Assembly (NCBI GenBank): GCA_002304785.1
Contig: DBMG01000053.1
Span: 40,227-104,226 of the forward strand
Direction of reading: 5' to 3'
Source of the DNA: Candidatus Accumulibacter sp. UBA704
GTDB taxonomy: Bacteria > Pseudomonadota > Gammaproteobacteria > Burkholderiales > Rhodocyclaceae
DNA: 64,000 nt
This document shows positions 19,284 to 28,548 of the stretch, one piece after another (the stretch's first letter is position 1; each line of letters starts with the position of its first letter). The notes beneath the pieces were generated by a model. That model was given only the letters and a program-made list of their open reading frames with translations. It made no database searches and was not told the origin of the DNA. The position numbers and the translations under genes were made by a program.

Positions 19284-20942
19284 ATGGCATCCTCTCGCCC
19301 GAACGTCATAGATGATCGTATCCATGTCCTGCGAACGCGTTGGGACAACTACGTCAATGCCGGATCTTTCGATCGCTTCATCGAATTCACCGTAACCGTC
19401 AATAGCCTGGCCGAGCACTTCAACCGAATGCGCCTCCCCGGGTTGGTCAGGATGTGCGAGGGGCTGGAAAATCTGGCACTCGCGCGACTGGGAACGCAAG
19501 CGTCGCATCCGATCGCCAATCGGGATATCGCGCTCTTGCAACGCCAGGTCGAGACCCTGCTGGCTGCCGTGCGCACCTCGCGCTTGGTGGCGCCCGAACG
19601 GCGCACCGAAGAACCGGCGGAAGCAGTCGGCAATCTCGAATGGATCAAGCCGCGCCTGGTGTGGCTGGTCGTCGCACCCGAAATGCATGAGATGGCCAAC
19701 GCGCTGCGCCAGCAGATCGATTTCTACGGCTTTCTGACTGCGGAAATTGGATGGGAGGAACAACTCCCGGACAGCGAAACGCCGCTGGCCGTGCTGTGCA
19801 TTCCCGGCCGGGAAAGCGCCGAGATCGAACATCGGAAGATCGCCGAGATACGCGGCGCTTGCCCGGCCAGCCAGATGATTTACCTGGGAGTTCATCCCGC
19901 CCTCGACAATATCGTCGCTCTGATGCGTTCCGGGATCGACCTCACCATCCCGATCGAGGAGGGGACGACCATGGTCCTCAATTGCGTCCTCGATCTCGTC
20001 CAGAACTTCGAGCCGGAGAAGTACCGCGTTCTGGTCGTCGAGGATTCGCTGGTCGCGGTGACGCTGATCCAGCGCACTCTGTCGGAACATGGCATCGATA
20101 GTCGCGCCATCCGCGACCCGGGCCGCTTGCTCGACGAACTGCAGTGCTACCGTCCCGACCTGATCCTGATGGACATGCACATGCCGCGCTTCAACGGCGT
20201 CGAGGCCACCCGCGTGCTGCGCCAGATGTCGGCCTACCGCTCGCTGCCGATCGTTTACCTGTCCAGCGAATCCGATGTCGGGATGCAGGTCGAGGCGTTG
20301 CGTCTCGGCGGCGACCAGTTTCTCAACAAGCCGTTCAATCCGGTGTTGCTGGCCGCCGTGATCAAGACCAAGATCGAGCGCTTCCGGGAAACCCAACGCT
20401 CATCCCGGCACGACGGCCTGACCGGACTGCTCAATCACACGGCAGCGAAGTCGATGCTCAAGGCGATGGTGGACAATATGACGCCGTCGCGCATGCTGAC
20501 GGTGGCCATGATCGACATCGACCATTTCAAGTCGATCAACGACACCTTCGGCCACCCGGTCGGCGATCAGGTTATTCGCGGCCTGGCCTGGCTGCTCAAG
20601 GGACGGCTGCGTTCCTCCGACCTGATCGGCCGATACGGCGGCGAGGAATTCCTGGTGGCCCTGCCCGACATCTCGCCGGCTCAGGCGCGCGCGGTAATCG
20701 AACGCATCCGCGAGGATTTCTCTTCGTTGCCGCATGCGCACTCCAAGGGCGCCCTGTTCTCAACATTCAGTGCCGGCATTGCTTCCTGGCCGGAATTCGA
20801 TTCGCCACAGAACTTGACCGAAGCCGCAGACTTTGCTCTGCTCGAAGCCAAGCAGCACGGCCGCAACCGGGTCAGGCAGGCGTTGGCAACGGATGAAGAC
20901 TTCCGCGCCCTGCAACCCTATCTCTTCCCGGAAAATTCCTGA
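19284..20942 (+). CDS. response-regulator diguanylate cyclase (N-terminal unknown region, degenerate receiver, REC, GGDEF)
   Basis: REC (VLVVEDS...DLILMDMHMP...NKP) and GGDEF domain with an intact GGEEF site (RYGGEEF). Confidence 0.85.
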   Translation: MASSRPNVIDDRIHVLRTRWDNYVNAGSFDRFIEFTVTVNSLAEHFNRMRLPGLVRMCEGLENLALARLGTQASHPIANRDIALLQRQVETLLAAVRTSRLVAPERRTEEPAEAVGNLEWIKPRLVWLVVAPEMHEMANALRQQIDFYGFLTAEIGWEEQLPDSETPLAVLCIPGRESAEIEHRKIAEIRGACPASQMIYLGVHPALDNIVALMRSGIDLTIPIEEGTTMVLNCVLDLVQNFEPEKYRVLVVEDSLVAVTLIQRTLSEHGIDSRAIRDPGRLLDELQCYRPDLILMDMHMPRFNGVEATRVLRQMSAYRSLPIVYLSSESDVGMQVEALRLGGDQFLNKPFNPVLLAAVIKTKIERFRETQRSSRHDGLTGLLNHTAAKSMLKAMVDNMTPSRMLTVAMIDIDHFKSINDTFGHPVGDQVIRGLAWLLKGRLRSSDLIGRYGGEEFLVALPDISPAQARAVIERIREDFSSLPHAHSKGALFSTFSAGIASWPEFDSPQNLTEAADFALLEAKQHGRNRVRQALATDEDFRALQPYLFPENS

Positions 20943-20972
20943 GCGGTTCCGGACGAGCGGCAAAATCGCCGG

Positions 20973-21347
20973 TCACGCAGCCAGGACACAGCCCCAGACG
21001 ACCACGACGTTGAGGAGCGCCAGAAATACCGCCGCACTGCCGATGTCCTTGGCCCGTTTCGACAGATGGTGTCGATCCAGCGACACGCGATCCACGACCG
21101 CCTCGATCGCCGAATTGATCAACTCGACGATCAGGACGAGTAGAACACTGGCGATCATCGCCGCCCGCCCGCCCCAGGGAACCGGCAGAACGAAGGATAG
21201 CGGAACCAGGAAGAGCGCCAGCAATACCTCCTGCCGGAAAGCGTCCTCGCACGTGTATGCCGCGCGCAATCCCGACATCGAATAATGCAGCGCGTTCCAC
21301 ACGCGACGCAGACCGGTTTTTCCCTTGAAAGGACTTTCTTCAGACAC
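20973..21347 (-). CDS. dgkA: diacylglycerol kinase
   Basis: 124 aa with DgkA-type motifs (ELINSAIEAVVDR). GTG start with AAGGAG 6 nt upstream. Confidence 0.9.
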   Translation of the reverse strand: MSEESPFKGKTGLRRVWNALHYSMSGLRAAYTCEDAFRQEVLLALFLVPLSFVLPVPWGGRAAMIASVLLVLIVELINSAIEAVVDRVSLDRHHLSKRAKDIGSAAVFLALLNVVVVWGCVLAA

Positions 21348-21441
21348 AAGATCTCCTTGCCGGATCGATTGCAGGCGGCAAGTATAGAAGTGAAAGGGGA
21401 AACGGGAAAGGCGAAACTGCCAGGGGGAAAGCCGCCCTGTT

Positions 21442-22605
21442 TCAAGGTTTGCGTTTCACGGACCTTCGGTCGCTGTCGGCGATCTTCCTGTACAACTCGG
21501 CCATCCGTCCCGCCAGCTCCTCGCCGGACCATTCGGCGGCATACGTCCGTGCTTCATCGGAGAGCCGGTGCCGAAGATTTCGGTCGTTCAACACTCGCGA
21601 CAATGCCAGCGAAAACGCATAAGGATTGGCATCCGGCACCAGCGCCCCACGACCGGCATTCAGGATATCGGCTGTTCCCATTTCGGCGAGCGCCACCACC
21701 GGCAGTCCGGTAGCCATGGCTTCCAGCAGAACCAGCCCCTGGGTTTCGGTGCGCGAGGCAAAAACGAAGACATCCGCCGCGGCGTAGCACGCCGGGAGTT
21801 CGGCATCACGGTCGAGATAGCCGATGAATCGCACACTACCGGCCAATCCCCGGTCACAAACAGACTGCCGCAGATTCGGCAGTGCCGGACCGTCCCCCGC
21901 GACAAGCAACAGCATGGCGGGAATCGTCTCGCGCATCTGTTCCGCCACATCCAAGAGAAACTCGATGTTTTTCTCGTGCGCCACTCGCCCGACATAGAGC
22001 GCGACCGGACGCGCCTCATCGACCCCGTATTTCGCCCGGAACCACTGCCGCGCGCCGTGCTGAGGCCTGTTCAGCGAGACTCCGGTCGGCAGGATGTGCT
22101 GCGGAGTCTTCACGCCGTATTCGGCCAGACGTCGGCTGATGGCGGCGGAAGGAACGATCACGGTATCCAGCGCGTTGCATTGGCGCCGCGAAAACGCCCG
22201 CGCCAGGCCTCTGAGCCACGGAGCGGGAACCAGCGGAACATAGTGGGCGAGATATTCTTCGAACAGCGTGTGGTAGGTCGCGACGACAGGAACACCACAG
22301 CGGCGCGCCGCATTTACCCCCGCGTAGTGGGCAACGAACGGAGTTTGCACATGCACGAGATCAACCCCTCCGCCAACCGCCGCAAGCACGGCATCATGCA
22401 TTTCGCGCCAGCGCACCAGCCGGTCTTCCGGGTCGCCGGGGACGCTGCGTGCCGGAACCCGGGTCACCCACGACTCATCGAAGCCACCGCCGTAGTCCGG
22501 GGCAACCAGCGACACCTCGATGCCATGCGCCAACAACGATTGTCGGTACGTGAGGATCGCCGTCGAGACGCCGTTGATACGCGGAAAGAACACGTCGGAA
22601 ACCAT
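21442..22605 (-). CDS. GT4-family glycosyltransferase (Agt-like candidate glycolipid synthase)
   Basis: GT-B fold signatures (FPRINGVST...; E-x7-E region TETQGLVLLEAMATGLPVV). ATG 22605 is 2 nt from the stop of the upstream phosphoesterase gene. Confidence 0.85.
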   Translation of the reverse strand: MVSDVFFPRINGVSTAILTYRQSLLAHGIEVSLVAPDYGGGFDESWVTRVPARSVPGDPEDRLVRWREMHDAVLAAVGGGVDLVHVQTPFVAHYAGVNAARRCGVPVVATYHTLFEEYLAHYVPLVPAPWLRGLARAFSRRQCNALDTVIVPSAAISRRLAEYGVKTPQHILPTGVSLNRPQHGARQWFRAKYGVDEARPVALYVGRVAHEKNIEFLLDVAEQMRETIPAMLLLVAGDGPALPNLRQSVCDRGLAGSVRFIGYLDRDAELPACYAAADVFVFASRTETQGLVLLEAMATGLPVVALAEMGTADILNAGRGALVPDANPYAFSLALSRVLNDRNLRHRLSDEARTYAAEWSGEELAGRMAELYRKIADSDRRSVKRKP

Positions 22606-22607
22606 CG

Positions 22608-23408
22608 TTACGCGCACGCCAGCACCTCCACCGCCCCGGACTTTCTCATATCTTTTTCGGCCGGCGGCTGCATGCCGCCCCACGAAATCAGTTCGAGGGT
22701 CCCGTCAAGGTGCTCGACGATCGCCGTGCAGCTATCGACCCAGTCCCCGCAATTGACATAAGCCATGCCATCGTCTCGTTCGCGGATCACGGCAAAATGA
22801 ATATGACCGCAGATGATGCCGTCCAGTCCGCGCTGCCGTGCCGCCCTGAGGGCTGTATCCTCAAAATCAAAGATGAACTGCAGAGCCTTCTTGACACGGC
22901 GCTTGGCATAACCGGCCAGGGACCAGTAGCACCGCATTCCAAAGCGGCGCCGCACCAGGGACAGCAGCGTATTCAGCTTGACCAGCCCGTCATACGCGAC
23001 GTCGCCGAGAATGGCGATCCAGCGATGGTGACGGGTAATCTGGTCGAACTCGTCGCCGTGCAACAACAGGAACCGCCGGCCGTCCGCCAAGGTGTGCACG
23101 TGCTCGCCGCAGATCTCGATGTCGCCAAAGGAGATATCGAGATAATCACGCAGCGCCTCGTCGTGATTTCCCGGGATGAACACCACGCGCTCACCGTGGC
23201 GGGCGCGGCGCAGGATCTTCTGCACGACGGTGTTCTGCGCGGGAGTCCACACGATATTTCGCCGCATGGCCCAGAAATCAACGATATCGCCGATGAGGAA
23301 GACATTCTCCGCAGTGTAGGTGCGCATGAAATCAAGCAGCCTCTCGGCTTGGCAGGCGCGCGTTCCCAGATGAATGTCGGAAAGAAAGATTGAGCGGACC
23401 TTGACCAT
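22608..23408 (-). CDS. LpxH-like metallophosphoesterase (PlcP-type phospholipase C candidate)
   Basis: Metallophosphoesterase motifs SDIHLG, GDIVDFW, GNHDE, HGDEFD, GHIH. These differ from canonical LpxH motifs. Translationally coupled to the GT4 gene. Confidence 0.8.
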   Translation of the reverse strand: MVKVRSIFLSDIHLGTRACQAERLLDFMRTYTAENVFLIGDIVDFWAMRRNIVWTPAQNTVVQKILRRARHGERVVFIPGNHDEALRDYLDISFGDIEICGEHVHTLADGRRFLLLHGDEFDQITRHHRWIAILGDVAYDGLVKLNTLLSLVRRRFGMRCYWSLAGYAKRRVKKALQFIFDFEDTALRAARQRGLDGIICGHIHFAVIRERDDGMAYVNCGDWVDSCTAIVEHLDGTLELISWGGMQPPAEKDMRKSGAVEVLACA

Positions 23409-23535
23409 GCCGCTATGGTGCGAGGCGTTCGTTACGGAAAGGTGTCATTGCGGTTACGGATTGGAGACTTCCTTCTCCCTCCCCCTTCTCCCTTCGCTAA
23501 AATAGCCGCTTTCCCCACCACACCGAAAAACCGCC

Positions 23536-24198
23536 ATGACCCAGGACGAAATGAAACAGGCCGTAGCCCGCGCCGCTCTCGAATACGTTGTCGAAGGCCG
23601 CATCATCGGCGTCGGAACAGGTTCCACTGCCCGGTTGTTCATCGAGGAACTGGCAACGTTGAAGGACCGCATCGCCGGTGCCGTGGCCAGTTCCGAGGAC
23701 ACCCGGCAACGATTGGAAGGCCACGGCATCCGGGTTTTCGATCTGAACGAGATCACCGACATGCCGGTTTACATCGACGGCGCCGACGAAATCACGCCCG
23801 AAATGCACATGATCAAAGGCGGCGGCGGCGCCCTGACACGCGAAAAAATCGTTTCCGCCGTGGCCGGCAAGTTCATCTGCATCGTCGACGGGACCAAGGT
23901 CGTCGACTACCTCGGCCGTTTTCCGTTGCCTGTCGAGGTCATCCCGATGGCCAGCGCCTACGTGGCGCGCGAACTGGTAAAAATGGGGGGCTCCCCGGCA
24001 GTGCGCGAGGGGTTCGTCACCGACAACGGCAACCTGATCCTCGACGTGAAGGGGCTGCAGATCCTCGATCCGGTCAATTTCGAAACGCGCCTCAACCAGA
24101 TCGCCGGCGTGGTGACCAACGGCCTGTTCGCCAACCGCCCGGCAGATGTCTGCCTGATCGGCACGCCCGAGGGTGTCCGAATGATGACCGCCGATTGA
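23536..24198 (+). CDS. rpiA: ribose-5-phosphate isomerase A
   Basis: 220 aa with GVGTGST and the DGADE motif. Confidence 0.95.
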   Translation: MTQDEMKQAVARAALEYVVEGRIIGVGTGSTARLFIEELATLKDRIAGAVASSEDTRQRLEGHGIRVFDLNEITDMPVYIDGADEITPEMHMIKGGGGALTREKIVSAVAGKFICIVDGTKVVDYLGRFPLPVEVIPMASAYVARELVKMGGSPAVREGFVTDNGNLILDVKGLQILDPVNFETRLNQIAGVVTNGLFANRPADVCLIGTPEGVRMMTAD

Positions 24199-24283
24199 AC
24201 CGGATGCAACAAATCTGTAACGTGGTGCCACTACACTCTCGGAACGAATCACTCACATGCGAAGACATTCTGGAGCCAGAGGC

Positions 24284-24991
24284 ATGAACGATCACCATAC
24301 GTCGAAGAATTTCGATCTCGAGTTGGAAAGCCTGCGCACCCGCGTCCTGCAGATGGGCGGCATGGCCGAGCAACAGGTGCATAAGGCAGTCGACGGGCTT
24401 TACAGCGGCAACAAGCAGCTTCTCGAAGAGGTCATCCGCGACGACGACCTCATCAACCAGATGGAAGTCGACATCGACGCCCTGTGCAACCAGATCATCG
24501 CCAAGCGTCAGCCGACGGCCATCGATCTGCGCATGATCGTCTCTGTGCTCAAGGCCATTTCCGACATCGAGCGGGTCGGCGACAAGGCGCGCAAGATTGC
24601 CCGACTCGGCATTTCGATCAGCAGTCAATCCGGAGGCCCGTTGAACGTCGAACTCAACCACATGACCGAAACGGCGCTGAAAATGCTGCGCCTGGCACTT
24701 GACGGGTTCGCGCGCCTGGATCTTGCGCTGGTCACCGAAGCCGTGCGCCTCGACGAGCAGGTGAATTCGGAATACCGCGGCATTGCCCGCCAGTTGATCA
24801 CCTACATGATGGAAGACCCGCGCACGATCACCCGCTCGCTGGACATCCTGACCATCGCCAAGGCCATCGAACGCATCGGCGATCACGCCACGAACATCGC
24901 CGAATACGTGGTGTATATGGTCAAGGGACTCAACGTGCGCCACGCCACCCCCGAAGAAGTCGAAGCCCAGCTGCGGAACGACGACAACTAG
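24284..24991 (+). CDS. phoU: phosphate signalling complex protein PhoU
   Basis: Two PhoU repeats (ERVGDKARKIA / ERIGDHATNIAE). ATG 24284 with GGAG upstream. Confidence 0.9.
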   Translation: MNDHHTSKNFDLELESLRTRVLQMGGMAEQQVHKAVDGLYSGNKQLLEEVIRDDDLINQMEVDIDALCNQIIAKRQPTAIDLRMIVSVLKAISDIERVGDKARKIARLGISISSQSGGPLNVELNHMTETALKMLRLALDGFARLDLALVTEAVRLDEQVNSEYRGIARQLITYMMEDPRTITRSLDILTIAKAIERIGDHATNIAEYVVYMVKGLNVRHATPEEVEAQLRNDDN

Positions 24992-25058
24992 GGAAGACAT
25001 TCGCTGCCGCATCTGCTGTAACTTGCGCGTCACCATCGTGTAACCCGCATCATCTACT

Positions 25059-25090
25059 GTTCCTCCTGCACGAAAACAGACAGGAGGAAC
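25059..25090 (+). promoter_or_regulatory. perfect 10-bp hairpin sequestering the Shine-Dalgarno of the downstream acyltransferase gene
   Basis: GTTCCTCCTG (25059-25068) pairs with CAGGAGGAAC (25081-25090) across a 12-nt loop. AGGAGG is at 25082-25087 and the ATG at 25092. Confidence 0.5.
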
Positions 25091-25091
25091 C

Positions 25092-25877
25092 ATGAAAAAG
25101 CGGCACGACAACGCATCACCCCTTTGCCCGGCGGAAACCCCCTCGGCGGGCTCCCATCACGCATCGCTATCGGTTGGACTGGCCATCAGTTCGCGCGAGA
25201 TCGAACTGGCGCAAAGACTTCGCTACCAGGTTTTTGCCGAAGAACTCGGGGCTCGATTGCTGTGCGCCACACCCCGCGTGGACCAAGACATCTTCGACCC
25301 CTTCTGCAAGCATCTGGTCGTGCGCGACAACAATTCCGGCGAGGTCGTCGGAACTTACCGGATTCTTCCGCCGGAAAACGCCAAGACCGCCGGCCGCAAT
25401 TACACGGAAGACGAGTTCGACATCACCCGCCTGCAGCACCTGCGACCGCACCTAGTCGAGGTCGGCCGTTCCTGCGTTCATCCCGATTACCGCACCGGTG
25501 CGACGATTGCCCTGCTCTGGACAGGGCTGGTCCGATACATGCTGCAAAATGGCCATGACTATCTGATCGGGTGCTGCAGCATCAGCATGGCCGACGGAGG
25601 ACATGCCGCAGCCAGCCTCTACTACCGCCTGCGCGAATACATGAGTCCCGTTGAATATCGGGTGTTCCCGCACTGCCCTCTTCCCCTGGAATCGCTGCGC
25701 CGTGACATACCGGCCGCCGTGCCTCCGTTGCTCAAGGGCTATCTGCGCGCCGGCGCCTCGATCTGCGGAAAACCGGCATGGGATCCAGACTTCAACACCG
25801 CCGACCTGCCGATTCTGCTGCACATGACGAACATCTCGGCGCGCTACGCCCGGCACTTCGTCAGACGCCAGCGCTGA
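25092..25877 (+). CDS. OlsB-like GNAT N-acyltransferase (acyl-amino-acid / ornithine-lipid type)
   Basis: RLRYQVFAEELGA..., GTYRILP and EVGRSCVHPDYR are typical of the OlsB/hemolysin-like Acetyltransf_5 family. Confidence 0.8.
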   Translation: MKKRHDNASPLCPAETPSAGSHHASLSVGLAISSREIELAQRLRYQVFAEELGARLLCATPRVDQDIFDPFCKHLVVRDNNSGEVVGTYRILPPENAKTAGRNYTEDEFDITRLQHLRPHLVEVGRSCVHPDYRTGATIALLWTGLVRYMLQNGHDYLIGCCSISMADGGHAAASLYYRLREYMSPVEYRVFPHCPLPLESLRRDIPAAVPPLLKGYLRAGASICGKPAWDPDFNTADLPILLHMTNISARYARHFVRRQR

Positions 25878-25978
25878 ACGCGCAAGCCGCGCGCAGCCTA
25901 CGATTTGGACCTTTTGTTGAGCCCCCGCTCCGAATCACGGGCGCGCGAGGCGGGGCCACGCGGATCTGGCGCCAGCAC

Positions 25979-26806
25979 TCAATACGCCATTTCCTTGAGT
26001 ATTTCACCTGTCTGGTAAACGTAATAGACAACCTTGTTCACCTTGAACGGGAGGTCATACTCGATCGTCGTGGTATCGCGGCGATCCTTGACCACCGGCA
26101 GAACCACGCTCCCACTGTCGCTGACGAGCCGTTCCCCGACGACATTCCCCACGAACAGGACGGAAACCTGATAATCCTTGAGTCGCTGGGCCGTCTCGGC
26201 CGACGCCGGTAGTTCCTGTGTGAAATAGAATTTGTTCCGGTCCAGGGTGAAGCTCCTTTCGACAAAGCCACTGTTGATCCGCACAGCCAGACCGAACACT
26301 TCACGCCGCGCTGCGGCGGCATCCTTCGCCGTCCCTGAATCCGCCGCAGAAGCCACAGGATACTCGCCGATGCCGCATGTCACGTAGCCATCGAGAAAGC
26401 CGGATGCCGGACATCCATACCCGGACTTCCCTCCGAAGACGTAGGCTTGCCTGTGCGCGCTGTATTGGGCGACAAGCCCCGGCACCCCGAAGGCATAGGA
26501 AGCTTTGGTGCTTATCGGCTTAAGCACTTTCTCGGTATCCGCCGCACGAGCCTTGAATTGCTCGTCGGACTCCGTTTTCCGCTTCTTGAGCGAGGCAACG
26601 CTGTTCTTGAACGCACCGAGAAACTTCCGGCTATCGACACCTTCGTAATTGGCCGGCAGCCGGTCACGCCCCTCCGGATAAGTCGGCAGTTGCCGGCCAT
26701 TCGTCGTTGCGCGAACCTGGCTTTTTTCCGCCGCCGATGCCGGAAGCATCAAACCGGCGGCCACGAACAACGCCGCTGGAAGGACAAGATTCATCGTTCG
26801 ATTCAT
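25979..26806 (-). CDS. secreted protein of unknown function
   Basis: Signal peptide MNRTMNLVLPAALFVAAGLMLPASAAE. GC3-biased frame. No family recognised. The ORF track starts at TTG 26815; ATG 26806 is preferred. Confidence 0.6.
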   Translation of the reverse strand: MNRTMNLVLPAALFVAAGLMLPASAAEKSQVRATTNGRQLPTYPEGRDRLPANYEGVDSRKFLGAFKNSVASLKKRKTESDEQFKARAADTEKVLKPISTKASYAFGVPGLVAQYSAHRQAYVFGGKSGYGCPASGFLDGYVTCGIGEYPVASAADSGTAKDAAAARREVFGLAVRINSGFVERSFTLDRNKFYFTQELPASAETAQRLKDYQVSVLFVGNVVGERLVSDSGSVVLPVVKDRRDTTTIEYDLPFKVNKVVYYVYQTGEILKEMAY

Positions 26807-26902
26807 TTTCGACAAGACAAGGACGATGCGCCGATCAAGCGCTCGAAACCGTTGAACGGACTCCGACGCCGCGGACCGGTCTCCCGGTATTTACCGGCCG
26901 CC

Positions 26903-27175
26903 TCATCTTCCGGGAGGCACGTACCCCTGCACCTGGTCGGCACCCTCGCCGAAGAAGTGCTTTTCGACCTGTTCGGCAAGATACTTGCGATGGGCCGCAT
27001 CCGCCAGATTGAGTCGGTTTTCGTTGATGATCATCGTCTGCATGCGAATCCACTGCTGCCAGGCCTCCTTGGAAACGTTCTCGAATATGCGCTTGCCGAG
27101 AGTTCCGGGATAAGGCGGAAAATCAAGCGCTTCCGCTTCGCGACCCAGTTTGATGCATTTGACCATTCGTGCCAT
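26903..27175 (-). CDS. yggX: Fe(2+)-trafficking / oxidative-damage protection protein
   Basis: [42 protein letters not shown] matches the YggX family. 90 aa from ATG 27175. Confidence 0.9.
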   Translation of the reverse strand: MARMVKCIKLGREAEALDFPPYPGTLGKRIFENVSKEAWQQWIRMQTMIINENRLNLADAAHRKYLAEQVEKHFFGEGADQVQGYVPPGR

Positions 27176-27221
27176 AAAAAACTCCATATGAATTAACAGT
27201 AGCGCCGCAAGCCTGCCAAAA

Positions 27222-28541
27222 CTACAGCATCTTGGTAAAGATCTTGGAGCGGCGTTGCAGGTTGTAGACCAATCGCTTTTCCTCCGGCAGTTCGGCCAAT
27301 GTCTGTTCGACGAAGCCACGCTCCCGGAACCAGTGTGCCGTCACCGTGGTGAGGATGAACAGGCGCTTGATACCAACTGCTCGCGCCCGCGTCTCGATGC
27401 GCCTGAGCAATTTCTCGCCGTAACCCCAACGGCGGTAGTTCGGATGCACCGCCACGCAGGCCAGTTCGGCCTGGTCGCCACCGTACGGGTACAGTGCCGC
27501 ACAACCGACGATCAGTCCATCGTGTTCGACCACCGAGAAACGTGTAATCTCGCGCTCGAGCAACTCCCGGGAACGGCGCACCAAGGTGCCGTTCTCTTCC
27601 AGCGGCTCGATCAACGCCACCAGGCCGCTGATGTCGTCCGGGCGAGCATCGCGCAAAATCTCCAGCGACTCGCGGGTAATGATCGTTCCGACGCCGTCGC
27701 GCGAAAAAAGTTCGAGCAGCAGCGTGCCGTCCTCGTTGAAACCGATCAGGTGCACCCGGCCGACGCCGGCCCGGCTGGCACGCACGGCGCAGGGCAGATA
27801 GCGCTTGAGATCCGGGGAAAGCCAGTTGCTCTCGGAAATCATCCGTTCGGCGGTATCAGCCGTCATCTCGTCGAGCAGTTTGCCCTGGCTGTCGGTCACG
27901 CCCTGGCTGTCGGTCAGGAAGATCAGTTTGTCGGCGCCGATGGCCGTGGCCGTCGCCTCGGCCACTTCCTCCATGGCCAGATTGAAGATTTCTCCGGTCG
28001 GACTGGCGCCAAGGCAGGAAAGAATCACGATATTTCCGATGCCCAGTTGAGCCCGTATTCCCTCGGCGTCGATCTTGCGCACCATGCCGGCGTACTGCAT
28101 GTCGACGCCGTCGATCACGCCGACCGGCTTGGCGGTAATGAAATTGCCGGCAACCACGCGAATCGTGCTGTTGGCCATTGGCGTATCGGGAAGCCCCTGC
28201 GACAGCAAGGCGTCGATCTCCAGATACACGCTGCCAACGGCATCGATGACGCAATCGAGCGTCGCCGCATCAGTCACCCGGTAGCCGGCGTGCGTCTTCG
28301 ATTCCAGACCTTTCTCGCGCAGTTCCTCCTCGATCTGCGGTCGCGCCCCATGTACCAGCACCAGGCGAACGCCCAGTGCCGCCAGCAGATTCGCGTCGTA
28401 CGCCAGCGTCCGCGCGAACGGCCCCGATATCGCCTTGCCGCCAAAGGCGATGACAAAGGTCTTGCCGCGAAAGAGATTGATATACGGAGCGACCGACCGG
28501 AATAGCGAGACGAATTGCGAAGCGCTCAAGGCATCGAACAT
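27222..28541 (-). CDS. argA: amino-acid N-acetyltransferase (N-acetylglutamate synthase)
   Basis: 439 aa with an amino-acid kinase fold followed by a GNAT domain. Confidence 0.9.
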   Translation of the reverse strand: MFDALSASQFVSLFRSVAPYINLFRGKTFVIAFGGKAISGPFARTLAYDANLLAALGVRLVLVHGARPQIEEELREKGLESKTHAGYRVTDAATLDCVIDAVGSVYLEIDALLSQGLPDTPMANSTIRVVAGNFITAKPVGVIDGVDMQYAGMVRKIDAEGIRAQLGIGNIVILSCLGASPTGEIFNLAMEEVAEATATAIGADKLIFLTDSQGVTDSQGKLLDEMTADTAERMISESNWLSPDLKRYLPCAVRASRAGVGRVHLIGFNEDGTLLLELFSRDGVGTIITRESLEILRDARPDDISGLVALIEPLEENGTLVRRSRELLEREITRFSVVEHDGLIVGCAALYPYGGDQAELACVAVHPNYRRWGYGEKLLRRIETRARAVGIKRLFILTTVTAHWFRERGFVEQTLAELPEEKRLVYNLQRRSKIFTKML

Positions 28542-28548
28542 GGTTGCA

